Of a stretch of DNA of 64,000 nt, positions 47,728-61,902 are shown in pieces. Source of the stretch: Microthyrium microscopicum (taxonomy: Eukaryota). The notes under the pieces were generated by a model, which did not search any database, was not told the DNA's origin, and saw only the letters and a list, made by a program, of their open reading frames with translations. The stretch is from positions 2,286,506 to 2,350,505 of the forward strand of contig MU004235.1 of assembly GCA_010405405.1 (NCBI GenBank), in the 5' to 3' direction. Position numbers and translations under genes: made by a program. Position 1 is the first letter of the stretch. Each line of letters opens with the position of its first letter.

Positions 47728-48555
47728 ACTTGGTATCTTGATCCTCCTCTTCTTAGACGCCGGGATCGATATTCCAATTGTCTTGATTGTGTTGTAGAGA
47801 AGTCGAGAAAATGAGCGTGACGGGACGCGTTGAAGGCTGGGTGCAGCTACTTTGGTAGCGCCTGCCACTAAATATCTATTTTTAGCAACCTAATTGTCAA
47901 GTCCCGTATGTACAAGGTTCTGGCAGTAACATTATTTAAATGTGTGAAATTCCTCGCTTTTTTCATATCATGTATAGACCGTAGTGTTCTCAATTCCACT
48001 GCTGGACGTGTTGAAGGGTTCTGGAGGCAAAATGCCTATAAGGCTGAGCGCAAGGCTATATTATCTAGTCGTTGATTGGCTCTCGTGGTTTTCTTTCGAT
48101 TTACAGTTCCAGAGTATGGTAAAACTTGCCGTTCGAATTTTGGCGAGTTGATACAAGATATCCACGTCCGCAGTTATCCGATATAAATCACATCACAATG
48201 GACTGTCAGGGCGCTTGTGAATTTATTCTTGCTGAACAGTTAGATCACGGAACATGCCTTTCTATTTAACGAGCACGCAACTTTGTCTTTAGCTGCGTGT
48301 TCAGCTTCCTCGGATTTTTTTGGTCTTATGCTAGGTAACCCTAATCAAATCTCTCCCTAGTGTGTAAAATAAAATTCATCGTCGTATTGCCACATCTGAA
48401 GGACATTCACGCCAACCATGTAGTTGAGATTTGACCAGATATCCTAGCTTCTCACAATTGCAGTGGCAACGTATCCTTAAGATTCAAAACTGTATATAGC
48501 CCGTAGTAACAAGGAACAAACTAGATGTACAAAGCGAGAGTCCAACACCATCGAA

Positions 48556-49307
48556 CTAAAGCAGAAGATAAGCGGTCATGACAACGCCAAGAAGTGCTCC
48601 AGCCCATTGAATATGATTTTTCGCCGTTTCTCCCTTTGGCGTTGGGCTTGCACTTGCAGAGCTACCGGAAGCAGGTGGACTTCCAAGGACACCACCTTGA
48701 ACATTTGCTGGCTTTGAGGACCCACTGCTTTTGGCAGCGGCAGACTTATAATCGCTTAGAGACTGGCCGCTCGATCTGGACACAGTTGTCAGTCTCTGCC
48801 ACTCATTTAGGACAGTGCTTGAACTCACGGAGGGTTGATAACGCCCACCATACCGCTCTGGCAATGAGTGACTTGGGCACAGTAGAACCAAATGGGGTCC
48901 GTGGAGTTGACAGTGATGGTGAAGGCTTGGGCCTATGGAGAGGTCAGCATTACAGACACAAAGAACATGCGTTGGGCTAAACCTACGGCAGGTCCGCTGT
49001 TAGAGTTGATAAAGCCGCTGTTGAAGCCAGTTGAGTTCGACTGGCATGGAGTACTAAAGTCCCCTTGAGTGACTGAATGATCGCCTGGATATATCTGAAA
49101 GACGATTCTCGATCCCACGGCAGCAGTCAAGGTATCAGGACTGAAAGTGAAACCATTCTGACCAACAGCAACTGTAGCTACTGAGCCAGATGCAGCCGAA
49201 GTCGAACTTGCTGCAGTTGCGGTAGACGAAGACTGAGCAGTGGTGGAACCATAATTGTATTGCGCGAAAGCCAGAGGCAGAACTGAAAGAATATGGGTGA
49301 GCTTCAT
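48556..49307 (-). CDS. Secreted/GPI-anchored Ser-rich cupredoxin-like protein
   Basis: Signal peptide, VAVGQNGFTFSPD, HSVTQGDFSTPC and (middle exon) PIWFYCAQVTHCQSGMVGVINP, which supply type-1 Cu ligands H/C/H/M. Ser-rich linker, hydrophobic C-terminus and two introns. Confidence 0.85.
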
Positions 49308-51669
49308 GATGAGATCTGCGGCTCAATGCAATTGACTGTTTTAGCTTCCATAATGACGGATTTAATCAGATCTTTATGTCATCCAAGCTTTACTGCCAAG
49401 GCTGATATTCTCCTTGAGCGGCGTCAGCATGCCGTGAAGCGGATCGGTTGGCTTTGATCCCGGCATAAGAGTACGAAGCATTGCGCAAGCATAACAAAGC
49501 GGCGTCTATAAGCAGCCTCTAGAACACAAGTAAAGTTGCAGTAAAAGTCACGATGTGCTGTCAGAAGTAGTTGGAATGATAGTCGTCGGGATGTGCCGCG
49601 GCAACTTCCGTGACTTCGACATTGTCGTAACGAAGGCTTCTTTGTCGCATATAAGTGGCTAAAAGATATTCCAAATTGAATTACTTGATTTTGTCGGCCT
49701 CATCTGCTTGGATGAACAAGATTAATAATTGAGCAAAGGCTGAGGCGGACTTGTTCCGCAGACACAGCCTAATGACAGCTTCACCAATCATGAGCTTCCA
49801 ACCTTCTCGCCCTGCAGGAACATCGTGTTCAGATGTCTGTTTGGTTTATTTTAGATAAACGTCGTGAACAGTGAACTTCACTCTCCAATATCGTGGTTCA
49901 AGTGATCATCGCAGAAAAAGCAAGCGACAATGTTACCATGAGTGGTTCGATGCTTTAGGACAAAGCAACGGATTTACCTGAACAACCAGCTATCTGTGAG
50001 ATTGTTGTCGCCCCGGGTATAAGAAATTGTCGTATCTCGTACAGAAGATGCTTTCTTATGCGAAATGCGAGATGAAGACTCCTTTTTGACCCCAGTCATT
50101 GTGCAAGAACTTGGCTTTAGTTCTATGCAGACATACGTTGCTTGCTTGAACATCACTGTGATATCTCGAGATGGCCAGTTGAGTTACCAAATCAGGGCGT
50201 TGTTGAAACATTCCTTCAGAGCGAGAGTATGCAACCTACAAGGATATTGTATATAGACCATGATAGCTTCGTGATATCTTGGCTGTCCAGATTAAGCGTT
50301 GCATCCGTACGACTGAAGAATCGCCAATCCTGTGGATATCTACTTCCACTCAATGTCAGCCGGCGTATTGAATCCATGAGAATCATGGAAGCTGAAGTCC
50401 CCAAGTCTTAAAATATGAGTAGCTGACCGCAGCAATAGCGGTTTTTTAAAACATAGGTATCTGTTTTGTGTTCTAACGTGGCTTTGACCGATTGTTACTA
50501 CAAAGTCTTACTAAACGGCGCGATCAAGCTGCAGTGATCCCTCAAGCCAAATTTCGCAGTGGAATGAAGCCAGAAGAACAAAAGACTAACTTTGTTTGAT
50601 GTGCATTCGACACCTAGGAAGAATTCCCATGCTATAGTCCAGACAGATCCTCATGTATAAGCGCTGTAAGATTGAGGACTTACAGTCGATTGCGCACTGA
50701 ATCAAGGGCACCATGAGAAACTACCAACAGTAAGCAGATTGAGGGAAAATAACTTTGTGAGTCAGTACTGCAAGTCTCAAATCGGCCAGTGATGCGAGAC
50801 CTTGTGGGGAATGCTTGGTCTGGGGAAAGGCCAACTAAAGAGATTTATTGATCACAGGCTTGGACTCCACGAGTTTAGTACTAAGAAACTGCCATACTTG
50901 GTGGCAGACGCGACTCACTTGAGCTGCTGCTAGTGGTACAATATAGCAATTTAATGTAAAGTAGGCGTGTACCCTAAAGACGAAACGCGAAGGGATGATT
51001 TTGATTCGATAGAGTTGAAGCTTCTCATCCTATCCTTGCGACAAATCTTATGTTAATAAACTGAATTACGTGGTAAGGCCACGAAATCGAACCTTCTATA
51101 GACTTTTCGACGCTGGTCTGGTGCGTACACCTAAGCTAGCATCTCCCATACAACAAAACTTTTGGCGGGCTTTCATTTTTCATGTTCTTGTTGCTATTTG
51201 TGTTGATCACAGCAGAGGAAGCATCAAACTACTCTTCTATAGACAGAGATTAGCTATACTCATGAGTAGGATAGTGCTCAAATATCTATGAGGAAGGCAC
51301 CTTTGTCACGCGATATATATCAATTCATGAAATAAACCCTCTTGCTATTGGATCAAAGCTCAACGACCATGCTTCTGATCAAATTCTTAGATCTCTTGCA
51401 ATTCCGGGGAAGTGCTCCAGGCCAATTCAACCTATAATAAATGCCACATCTGAATTGTCGTACCCTAGATAGCATAGCTACCCTCGGTCATTCGTGTACC
51501 TGTTGCTGTAGCCGGTCGGAATTTAGCGCATACCGATATATGAGAAAGTATCTAGTTCCATATTGCAGAATGAAATATATTCAACAGAGGCCTCGCTGGT
51601 TTGATTTGGAGTTCGTCGACGTTTTCATCCACATATTCCACAGTCCTTTCCTCGATCCAGAACTTCACC

Positions 51670-52590
51670 ATGCGTTACACACTCCTTGCAGCTCTGGCCG
51701 GTGTGGCTACAGCCCACCCTATGGCTCTTCCTCAGGAAAAGGAAACCATCGGCACACCACCAGCCAACAACCTCCTCGGAACGATTGCCAAATTGACAAA
51801 CTCCAAGGGTGAATTGGACGGTGGATGGGGACCAAAGGTCCGAAACGAGATCATTGAGTCGACACCCTGCGGCAAGGTGACATTCATCTTCGCCCGTGCG
51901 AGCAAGGAGCCTGCAAACATGGTATGAAGGATCCATACTAGACAAAAATAGTCTTTGGGAGTCCGACTCTAATCACTTGAACAGGGAGGTTCCGTCGGTC
52001 CCATCATCTGCAACGGCTTGAAGAAGGCATACGGCCAAGCTGCAGTCAACTGCCAGGGTGTTGGCGGAGCATACACAGCTGGTATCTTGGATAACATCAG
52101 CGCCAAGGGCACGTCCGCTACTGCTGTCCGCGAGGCAACCTCAATGTTCACCAAGGCCGTCGAGAAGTGCCCCAACAGCCAGATCGTCTTTGGCGGATTC
52201 AGGTAATACTCCCCATGTCCTAGCAACCAGCCACCTGTAGACAATCGCTAACACGATACCAATAGCCAAGGAACTGCAGTCATGCACGGCACGGTCGGCG
52301 CACTTCCAGCCAACATCAAGGCCAAGATTGTAGGAGGCGCGCTATTTGGCGATACCCGTAATACACAGGACAAGAGCCAGGTGCCTAACTTCCCCAAGGA
52401 GAAGGTTCATGTGTACTGCGACAAGTCGGATGGTGTGTGCTGGGGAACGCTTAATGTCACTAATGGACATTTCGTGTATGCTACGGATGGATCTGCGGAA
52501 CAGGGATTGGCGTTCCTCAAGGGAAAGATTGATGCTGCGAAGGGCGGCGCGGCTGCGGAGAAGAAGAGATCGATTGATGCTATGATATAG
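51670..52590 (+). CDS. Cutinase (carbohydrate esterase family 5)
   Basis: Signal peptide MRYTLLAALAGVATA, FIFARASKEPANM/G, CQGVGGAY and CPNSQIVFGGFS/QG (nucleophile motif split by an intron). Also LFGDTRN, YCDKSDGVC and the catalytic H in GHFVY. Confidence 0.92.
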
Positions 52591-53242
52591 TTTCAGTAAT
52601 GAAAGATTAGAGTTGATCCGCACGACTTTCGACGTTATACTTATCAGCGATGTACTCGAAGCAACTGCTCGACTCTAAGATGAGCTCGAGCAGGGAGCAT
52701 AGCGGTACATCCGCATAAAGCATCGCAAAATCGTCATACTCAAGGCTTTATGGCCCATATCAGTCGCTTTAAACCCCAGACATGGTCGAATACAAAGAGA
52801 AAGCTGACATTGTAGTTGATCCACCTGAAGACAAGAATTTGGCTTGCCGACAATACCCGAGATATGTCCAACCGGGCCGAATATTCGGTTCAGTGATGAG
52901 ATCGCTCTTTCCAAGCCCCTTGATAGCCCCTTGATCTCAACTTCCTTCCACTACTTCCCGCATCTCATACACACGTTCTGCAACTGCCAGATCTTAAACC
53001 AGGTTGCTGATTCATCGACGAACTGGAAGGAGCTCCAACCATTTGCATATAGAAGGCAGGAATTACTACTTATGGCCCATTAATCCAGTTGCTTCTCCAC
53101 CCACCTTGGAAAATTCTTCGTGTCTTCATCTTCGTCCTCTGCCTAACTTCCATCAACTCACTCTGTTCTTCATCTACTGCTTGGGCTTCATCTCTTGCGC
53201 TTTTTTGCGGCTTGCTTCTCTCATGCTTCTCTTGCTTCTGTG

Positions 53243-54423
53243 ATGTCTCTCGCTTCTGGTCCTGGACTGGGCGGCTCTTCGCCTGATATGCTCTGGGCTG
53301 ACAAGCATGTCGAATACATCGTGTCGCTGGACAAGCGCGACGATGAGTACGAGTACTGGCTCACTGAGCACTTGCGCCTGAATGGCGTCTTTTGGGGCCT
53401 TCATGCGCTGCACATCCTGGGCCACCCGACCGCGCTGCCACGCGACGATCTCATCAGATTTACCATGAGTTGCTGGGATGCATCATCAGGCGGTTTTGGC
53501 GCCGCCCCTGACCATGATCCTCATATGCTCTACACTTGCAGCGCAGTCCAGATTCTGGTCATGGTCGATGGCGTTTCTGTGCTTGATGAACCTGCCGAAC
53601 CTGGCAGCTCAGAGACAAAGCGCATGCGCGTCGCACACTGTAAGTTTTGATCTCTCCACCTCATTGACCTAACACTGACACTTCAGTCATCTCCTCCCTC
53701 CAAGACCGTGAAACCGGTACCTTCCACGGAGATAAATATGGAGAGCCTGACACCAGGTTCCTTTATAATGCCCTCAACTCACTGTCCCTCCTTGGAAAGC
53801 TAAATCTTGTTGACGTCCCACTTGCAGTTAAGTACATCGACTCTTGCTCCAACGCCGATGGCGGTTACGGTACAGTCCCTGGCGCAGAATCCCACTCTGG
53901 TCAAATCTTCGTCTGCCTGGCTGCTCTCTCCATTGCTGGTGTCTTGGACCAAAGGCTTAAAGATGACTCCAAGTGGGCAGATCGCCTTGGTGGCTGGTTA
54001 TCAGAGCGACAGATATCCACCGGCAAAGGATATGGCGGTCTCAATGGCCGACCAGAGAAAGAAGAAGACGTCTGCTATGCCTGGTGGGTTGGCACATCCT
54101 TGGTGATGCTCCAGCGCTCTCATTGGATTGACCGCCCTGCTTTGCGCAAGTTCATCCTTTCTTGCCAAGACGGTGAACATGGCGGTATCTCAGATCGGCC
54201 TGGCCATGCCGTCGATGTCTTCCACACTCACTTTGGTATTGTTGGCTTGAGTCTGCTGGAATGGAGCGAGAACAAAGATGGTGAAGCCTCAGAGCCTCTT
54301 GGCCTAGAGGAGGTTGATCCCGTTTAGTAAGTCTATGATACTATGAAGGTTCAAACCGATTTTCTAACTCTCTGCAGTTGTATGCCACGAAGCATAACCA
54401 AGGCACTATCGCGAACAGGATAA
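53243..54423 (+). CDS. BET2: Rab geranylgeranyltransferase (type II) beta subunit
   Basis: [94 protein letters not shown] and DPVY/CMP. Two introns. Confidence 0.93.
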
Positions 54424-56068
54424 GATTCAAGAGCTAGGACTCAGCGAACGCGCATCAATCCTTCACGCTAGCGGACTAGCTGTGCCGAGCACAGCCAGCC
54501 TCACACCCCATTCCATGGAGCCGGATCCTGTGGCCAGAACGCTACGACAACCTTATCTCAACCTCCATCCGGTGGTGTGCGATGCTTGTAGCAGCTCAAC
54601 ATCGTCTCCTCAGGAGTAATGACGCCAAGCCCCCATGCTTCTGGATGAGAAGCGCAATATACCATCGCTTGTCTAGGACAATGTCGGTCTCGAGGCAGCT
54701 GCTCACGTCCCTGCCATCTCATTCCCGACACGATACTCGGGTTTTTGAGGTTTCTGCAAATCAACACTCTATTTCCTGGCAGTTCAACCCTGTTGATACT
54801 GGCGATGGAAATTTTGGTTTCAACTTGCGAGCCTCTTTCGGATTCCTTAGATTTCTAGGGTCTTGCGTCTCATTTCTTTGATCTCGCATGCAATTATCCG
54901 GAGATTGGAGATTGGAGATTGGCCGGAAAACAACGTTCCTTCCTTCTTGGCCTGGGTGCGGACCGGTGACAAGATGGCAGGAAGGAGCGACCTCACCTGA
55001 GGAAAGCACGACACAATTGCACCTTCCCAAGGACCAACCCGTAGTTGCCCACCTCAACCCAATTATGGTGGGGCAGTTGCTTGCCGCAACGATCTGCCCC
55101 TATTTGGGCTAGCCCATGATTACTCAATGATGTTGTTTTCGAGTTCACGATACAAATATTGTTGTTGTTGATGGGCTGCAACGCATTTTCAATCATTTTG
55201 TGTTGGTTTATTCGGCTTTAGCAACACCTTCAATTGGCATCATCGATCAGTATTGTCTGATTTACTGGTTGTTGAAGCTCAATTGACTTGAGATTGGCTC
55301 AACAATAGCCTCATACGATTCCCAAAGTCCTCTGTTAGGCCTAGTCTATACACGTCGAGAACAATAGGTGACCGAGCAATTCCCCACTCTGAGCATTGGC
55401 TGGTGCTATATCTTCTCCCACTATTTTCATCACTGCTCGCTGCCACAAACCTCTTCCTCTCCAAATCTCGAAAGACCAGCTCAGTTCATGCTCTGAAGCC
55501 TTTTTCTTTGCTCTATCATCGCTGTTCAAGCCTTCCAAAACATTGCGTCGCTCAGCTCTTGCTCGCTGCGAAATTACGTGCGTGTGAAGGACCAGCTTGT
55601 TCTTGGCCTGTTCTCCAACACCCTTGGAGTGACGACAGCTTCTACTCGGCTGTGACTCGAAAACCAGCAAGCTCAACCTCCGTAAGTTCCTCGACTTCCA
55701 CCACTACTTTCCTTCTCCAACCCTTCCACTTCTCGCCAGGCCGCAAGCCAGTTTCAAGAAGTCACTTGCCTTTGCATCACTCCCGTCCTTGATCAGCTTT
55801 ATTGCTGAACCTTGTCCGCTCTCGAGCTATATTGAATCCTCAATTGCTCAAGCACACCTTCATTCAAAGCTTCACAGCTAACATTCCTTTTTAGGCGATA
55901 GCCATCGCCAAATCTCATCCCTCTCCCTCACCACCCTTTACCCACCTCTTCTCACTCCTTTCTGTTCCTCTCCATCAGATCCATCTGCACTTGCGATCAA
56001 CCGCCACTCATCGCTCCAACAGGCCTACTCTCTTAGCATATTAGCTCTGAGACTGCCAATCCGTCAAG

Positions 56069-58334
56069 ATGGCCTCTATGCCTTTACAATGCCTTATTTG
56101 TCCCGACTCGAAGAAATTCAGCGATGTCTCTCATCTCCTTACCCACATCGGTAGTAAAGGACATTTGTCCAATTACTATCGCAAAAAAGTTCGCTCCGCT
56201 GCCCATGATGATGATCGAGCAGATGTAGCTGCTTATGACCAGTGGTACAACAATTGGGATGTTGACAAACTCATGGCCGAGCGCATGAGCTTGAAGGACA
56301 AGAAGAAGTCTGCTAGAGATAAGGCTGCTACTGGTTAGTAATTTCCGCTCATGATTGGAAACTCACCTAACTTTTTACCTAGCCCATAACAATCTACGAC
56401 AAGCTTCCAAGAAAGCCCGTCAGAGCCATCGTCGAGCCAGCGGAAATTCAAGCTCCTCTTATCGTCCTTCGCCGGCTCCTTCTCACTATGATCCTCGTCT
56501 CGATGGATCAGCTTCCATCAAACACGAGCCTCGAGACCAGCAAATGCCGATTGGTCAAATGGATTTCTCCCGTCACCCAGGCCAGAACTCCCACAACTAT
56601 CCTCTTCGACCTTCGGGTCTGGGCCGTGGACCTCAATACCCGATGATGGGTAGTCCTTATGACGACTCCGCATATGGTCGCGGTTACAATGGCAATGGCT
56701 TGTATCAAAACACCGGCCATCATAACGGCTATATGGACTCGGTCAACAGCAACTCTCCTTTCAATCCTGCTCATCAGATGTCTCGCTCTCCAAAATATGA
56801 AGATAGCGACGATGACTTGCCAGAGGGTGATTCCAGCATCGAAATTAGTACACCCGGAGATCCGAAGCTAAAGGGCATTATTTATGACGGTATGAGTTTG
56901 TTTGATAGCGCTACTCCATCAGCACGCCGCCGCCGCAACCAGAAAAAAGATGCTGCCACCCTTCAACGCCTCGAAGACAACTCTCTAGAGGTTGAGCCTA
57001 CCGAATGTGTTTGGACCCCTCGTGGCTCTCTGAAGAAAGCCAAGGAGATCAGCGGATTTCCTACCAGCTCGTCGCCTCTTCGGAGCCCTGCAGAACCTGC
57101 ATGGCGTCCTTCGCTTGCGCCGGAGCCTCGTCTCAACTTCAACATTGCGGATCGCTTCAGTGGCTACGCCAATGAGGATGAAGATGAACATATGGAAAAT
57201 ACTACGGCCACTCGCAAGAAGAAGCGACCATTTGATGTGTACCATAATGTGGACGACGACACATCACTTCAATCAATTACCCAGCCTTCCGTTGCACATC
57301 TGAACACGGGCTTACAGTCTCGCTCGGATCACCACAACGACGCCGATGCTCGTCGTCGTCGCTCCTATGCATCCACCAACGAGAATCAAGCCATTGGCTC
57401 CTACGGCAATCAGCACATGCGCATCAAGACCGAGGAGGTTGAGCAGGGCATGGGTTATTACCAGCAGCGAGCAAATCAAGGACCTGCTGCAGCTCACAAT
57501 CGTTTACGGACTGCTCTCGAATTTCCAGTTCAAACTCCAACTGTTCGTTCACCTCTAGCTGATCCATTCTCTGTTTCTCACAATGGCCAGCATGTTGCTC
57601 ATCCTTATGACAACAACAATTCCATGTTCGGCAATGGTTCAGGAATGGCTCAGCGCTCTGGTATGCACGGTATGAACAATCGCCGCTCCGTTAGTGCTAT
57701 GCCGATCCAGGACCTCATCAATGGAACTACACCTCATCCTCAAGCTATGCCTACCAATCCTCAACAGCATCACAATATGGCCCATGGTCAAGGATATTAT
57801 GGTCAGCATCATATGGGAAATATGGGTATGGGCGCGATGCACAACATGCCAGCTATTGCACCTCCTAACCAACAATGGGCCAACTTTGGGGCCAATTACT
57901 GGGGCACTGATTTCAATGGCAACAATTCTCCTCAATTCTGGAACTACAATCAGGCTATGGTCAACCATCATGGAGCTCAGACTGCGAATGGCAATCATGT
58001 CAATGGACACCGTGCGGCTGCCGAGCAAGGCCCGGTTCATGTCGCTCCAGCTATGACCTCTACCGTCACTACCAACGGACAGGACATTCATGAAACTTCT
58101 TCCAATCCTTCTCTTGGAGACTTGCCAACCACGTCCAAGTACCACTCTGAGGCCAAAGCTGTCGCCGATGGCAACACTGGGAGCAAGCGTGAGAACGGTC
58201 ATGTGGCTACTGGCTCCGGTTCTGGTTCAGCCATCGGTGGAAAAGAACATGCTCATAGCATGTCAATTGGCCACATTGAGGACGATTCTCGCACCATCAC
58301 AGCTCCTCCGTCTTCTCCCTTCCCTCATATCTGA
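56069..58334 (+). CDS. Fungal protein with N-terminal C2H2-like zinc finger and long low-complexity region
   Basis: LQCLICPDSKKFSDVSHLLTHIGSKGHL, coding intron ~56334-56382, and a conserved-looking block KLKGIIYDGMSLFDSATPSARRRRNQKKD. Probable 5'-UTR intron at ~55682-55894. Confidence 0.8.
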
Positions 58335-61300
58335 GGTCTGTCTCGTTAGCGAGCACCATCTTACTGGCTCGAAACCCCTCTCCTTGAACATCCTGCGGCA
58401 TTCAAAGATTTAGCGGTCCTTCTTGCCATTCAATCCAAAATTTAGACCGAAACGTGCGAACAAAAATAGGCTTTGACAGCAACTTCCTTGGTTATCTCGA
58501 CAACCGTTGGAACCTTCTTGCCAACAAATGAATCACACTCGGTCGTTCTTTTCTTGTATACTATAAGTCAACAGCACCAGGAGTTTACAACTACACCTTC
58601 TCCCGTTTCTACTCCCAAAGTATACTTACCTTCGGCTTTTCCTTGGTGGTGTCAAATTAGTCTCATGGCACCTTTCTATCCTGGATGGCAATGCCAAATC
58701 TTGGATCAGCCAGATGGCTATGCACATCACCATCGAAATCGATTTTGTTTTTCCCAGCTTCACTTCCCTTGTTTGTCTCCACTTCAGCATTATACCCCAT
58801 CGGCGCTACTCGGCTAGTCATAGCCCCTCCTCAAAAGCTGGTCTTGCTTGCATCAACTCGTTACTTCTCGACAACCCAGGTTGTCGCTGTCATATTAGTT
58901 ACGTCCAGGAGCTGGATGATTTCTATATCGCTAGTTCCGGGTTGTTCTTGTTGCAGCACACTTTGTGGGCAGGGTCTAGGCTCGTGGTTAGGATGGAAAT
59001 AGTAGTGCATGTGTGCTTGTAGGTTTGCTTCGTAGTTTAATATAATTGTGCTCAAAAAATGGGTCTCCCCTTCTTGAATCGCTATGCACCGATACAGCAA
59101 AGATGTTTTCGCGTTGCGAATACATACTATGCTCAGCAGTACAAGTGCTCCTCGCCCGCTCTATCTTAGCCTACTCTTGCTTGTAGAAATATTTACTATA
59201 TCCTCGAGCCCATACTGGTATTACTCATTCGACTCAGACCTTGTTAATGCCTTCTGGATAACAATATCATGCATCGCACTGCTCAAGGATCATATGACGA
59301 TCATCTGTCTGAGCCGACCATATGCAGCAGCTGGAAACACTGGACAATGGCCAAGAAATTGTCATCTCTGACGCCCTTGCCTCCCAGTTCTGCCAGTGTC
59401 TTTACTCGAAATCCATTCAAAGCAATCATGTTTCCGCTCTCCTTGCATTTCATACCGTTTGTTTTGGAGCGAATTTGGCTCCTAGTATATCTTCACTCGA
59501 CGATTAATTACAAGTCAAGCAGCAGCTATACAGCTTGGCATCTGACCCAAGCTTTCGGCTGACCGATCGCTTCATCGCCGCTCCTTGCTTGATTACAACT
59601 CGTGCTGGCGCTATCATGTTAGTCTTCACTTCTCAAAGAACTCATGGCTCCCATGGAATGCGCTGGTCGCAACGTTATCTCATGGGCGCCATATGCTCTC
59701 TTGTTCATTCCAGCTTCGCTCTTTGAATATCTCTACCACCATCCTGCCTACCACCCATCTTTCCACTAGTCGCCTTCGCAGGGCCAACTCGCCCTTCCTC
59801 GATCACGTCTTTCTCGCAGCTACCAGCCTCTTCGGCGTCAAATGCATAGAAACGAGCTCCTTTGCGCAACCTCGATGTCCAGTGTTGGACACGCCTCCGT
59901 CTCGATCCCCACTGCACTTGATGGTGGCCATCGAGTGCAATGACAACCACGAAAATACGATGAGTAGACCTTGCTGAACCAGGAATCCAAGGGATCTTGA
60001 CGGAAATCTCTACCTATGACAAGGACGCTTGTTTCAATTTGAAAATGCAAGGGAATATATTGCGATGGACGAGAGCAGCCCATTTATTCCTTCAGCTCTC
60101 CGGCTCCCATTTTGAGAACAAAAATCTCCTGAAATCGTCAAATATCATAATTTACCTCCGTCGAATTTGAATCTTTATAGCAACTTCACTTCTCGCCACA
60201 AAACCACGCAATTCCATCCCTCACAAAAACAGTCTCAAACTTTTCACATACAACTCGTCTCCCTACACCATCGCCAAATTCCCTCGCATTCTCATAACTC
60301 TCTCCACTCCCACCTACCATAATACTTGATATGTCCACCCCGCCATCCTCATAGTTACCCTCCGCCTCATTCAACGCATGCTCTTCACTGCATTCTTCAA
60401 AGCTGCACTCCTCTAGCGCCCTAGTGACCATCAAAAATAGTGGTTGATCATTCTCGTCAAGCCCGACGGATTAATCGTCTACACCCATATGGGACATGCC
60501 GGGGGACGGGCCATGTTGTTGTGGTGGGTTTGAGACTGGCTAGTGTTTTTGTGTTTAGTTCGGGTACTAGGGATGGCTCGGTTCCGAATTTGAGGACATC
60601 TTTGGCACAGAGAGATTAGTTTCTAGAGCTTTGGAGGCGTAAGATTTGAAGGTGGTTATTTCTGGAGATGTTGGGGTGAGGTTTTGGTCTGGCATTTGCG
60701 GCAGCTGGCAGATGTGGAATTCACGATAGGGTGTAATTGTAACAATTTAGAAAATAAGGGCGTATGCCTACTACATTGCCAAATCTCTTGTCAAATTTCC
60801 AAACAGTAAAAAAGCCTGATTGTCGAGATATGTCGCAGTGATGGACCAATATCTGAAGCCTTGCCCATTGGGCGTAATGCGCTAGTCCCAGTTTGGAGTT
60901 TGCGCCCATGTCGCCCAATTCGGAAGCTATCATGCCGATCAGCCTTGCGCCCTATGCCGGGCCGGGTACTTTCTAGGCACCAAAGTTTACAAATCTTCTT
61001 CTTCAATTGTACGAAAATATGGACAGAATGATCCTTCGAAGGCGGAACATTGATCCGGCGGGTCGATTTTACCTTAAATCCGTAGTATTTGATGGCTTGC
61101 GTAGAGCCTGATTTGCTGATCTGATCGTTAGAGGAGCCTAGGTGCATAGGTACCTAGTAATGTAGAGTATAAAAAGGTATGTTGCAAGTCTCCGGCTCCT
61201 AAAGGTCCATAAGAAAATCGGAAATCTTGTTCGAGCTTCAGGAACTTTCAGCTCCAAACAATTACCATTCGATCAGCCAGTCACCACGATTTCCATCAAC

Positions 61301-61346
61301 ACTTCTCTCCCTTCGGTTTCATACATCAGCCAACTACAGCACCATC

Positions 61347-61823
61347 ATGCCGTTCTTCCGCCCCGTTAACCTCCCCTCCTCAATCATCTACGGCGCCATC
61401 GCAAACGCCTCCCTCGGTATCTACCTCACCGTCACCGGTAGCAGTCCTTTGGTCCTTTTCAGCAAACACGCTCTCCTGGCACCATCCAATCCAATCACTA
61501 CAAGCGCCAATGCGCGCACCAAAGACTCCATTCGCGTCATGGGACTTCTGCTCGCTTGTTTGGAGATCACGACACTAGTGTCAAGCTATATGTCTTTTGA
61601 AGAGAACCAGTTTATGGCGGCAATGGTGCCAGTGCGGTTAGGATCTGCCGCGGTATTCGCGGGGTTCGCAGCAGCTAGTGGTGTAGGATTGGTGAAGATG
61701 AGTACGGTGGGTCGGTGGGAGTATGTGGCGTTGGCGATGGTTGATGCTGGGACGGCGGTCATGTTGGGACGGGAGTTGGGGAGGTTTGATGGCATGGTTC
61801 GGGGTGCGGAGCGGTGGTTTTGA
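61347..61823 (+). CDS. Small multi-pass membrane protein, unknown function
   Basis: About four hydrophobic segments and a YMSFEENQFMAAMVPVRL block. Upstream TATAAAA at ~61168. Confidence 0.7.
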   Translation: MPFFRPVNLPSSIIYGAIANASLGIYLTVTGSSPLVLFSKHALLAPSNPITTSANARTKDSIRVMGLLLACLEITTLVSSYMSFEENQFMAAMVPVRLGSAAVFAGFAAASGVGLVKMSTVGRWEYVALAMVDAGTAVMLGRELGRFDGMVRGAERWF

Positions 61824-61902
61824 AACTGTAATGGTAGGTTGTAGTCAAATGCGAATGCTTTGCTTCGGTAGTTCCCGCTCGGCTGGCGTTTAAAAAGGTG
61901 TG

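Noticed and set aside
48336..48344. TAACCCTAA telomere-like or telomerase-template motif
   Set aside because: It is a single 9-mer in a ~830-bp intergenic gap, too short for a filamentous-fungal telomerase RNA and expected by chance.
46277..54423. Isoprenoid cluster (putative GGPP synthase + BET2 + ERG12)
   Set aside because: The 46277 gene lacks prenyltransferase motifs. BET2 and ERG12 are dispersed housekeeping genes about 40 kb apart.
58400..61200. Many overlapping 60-130 aa ORFs
   Set aside because: They look like 3' UTR or intergenic sequence, with no domains and no coherent exon structure.
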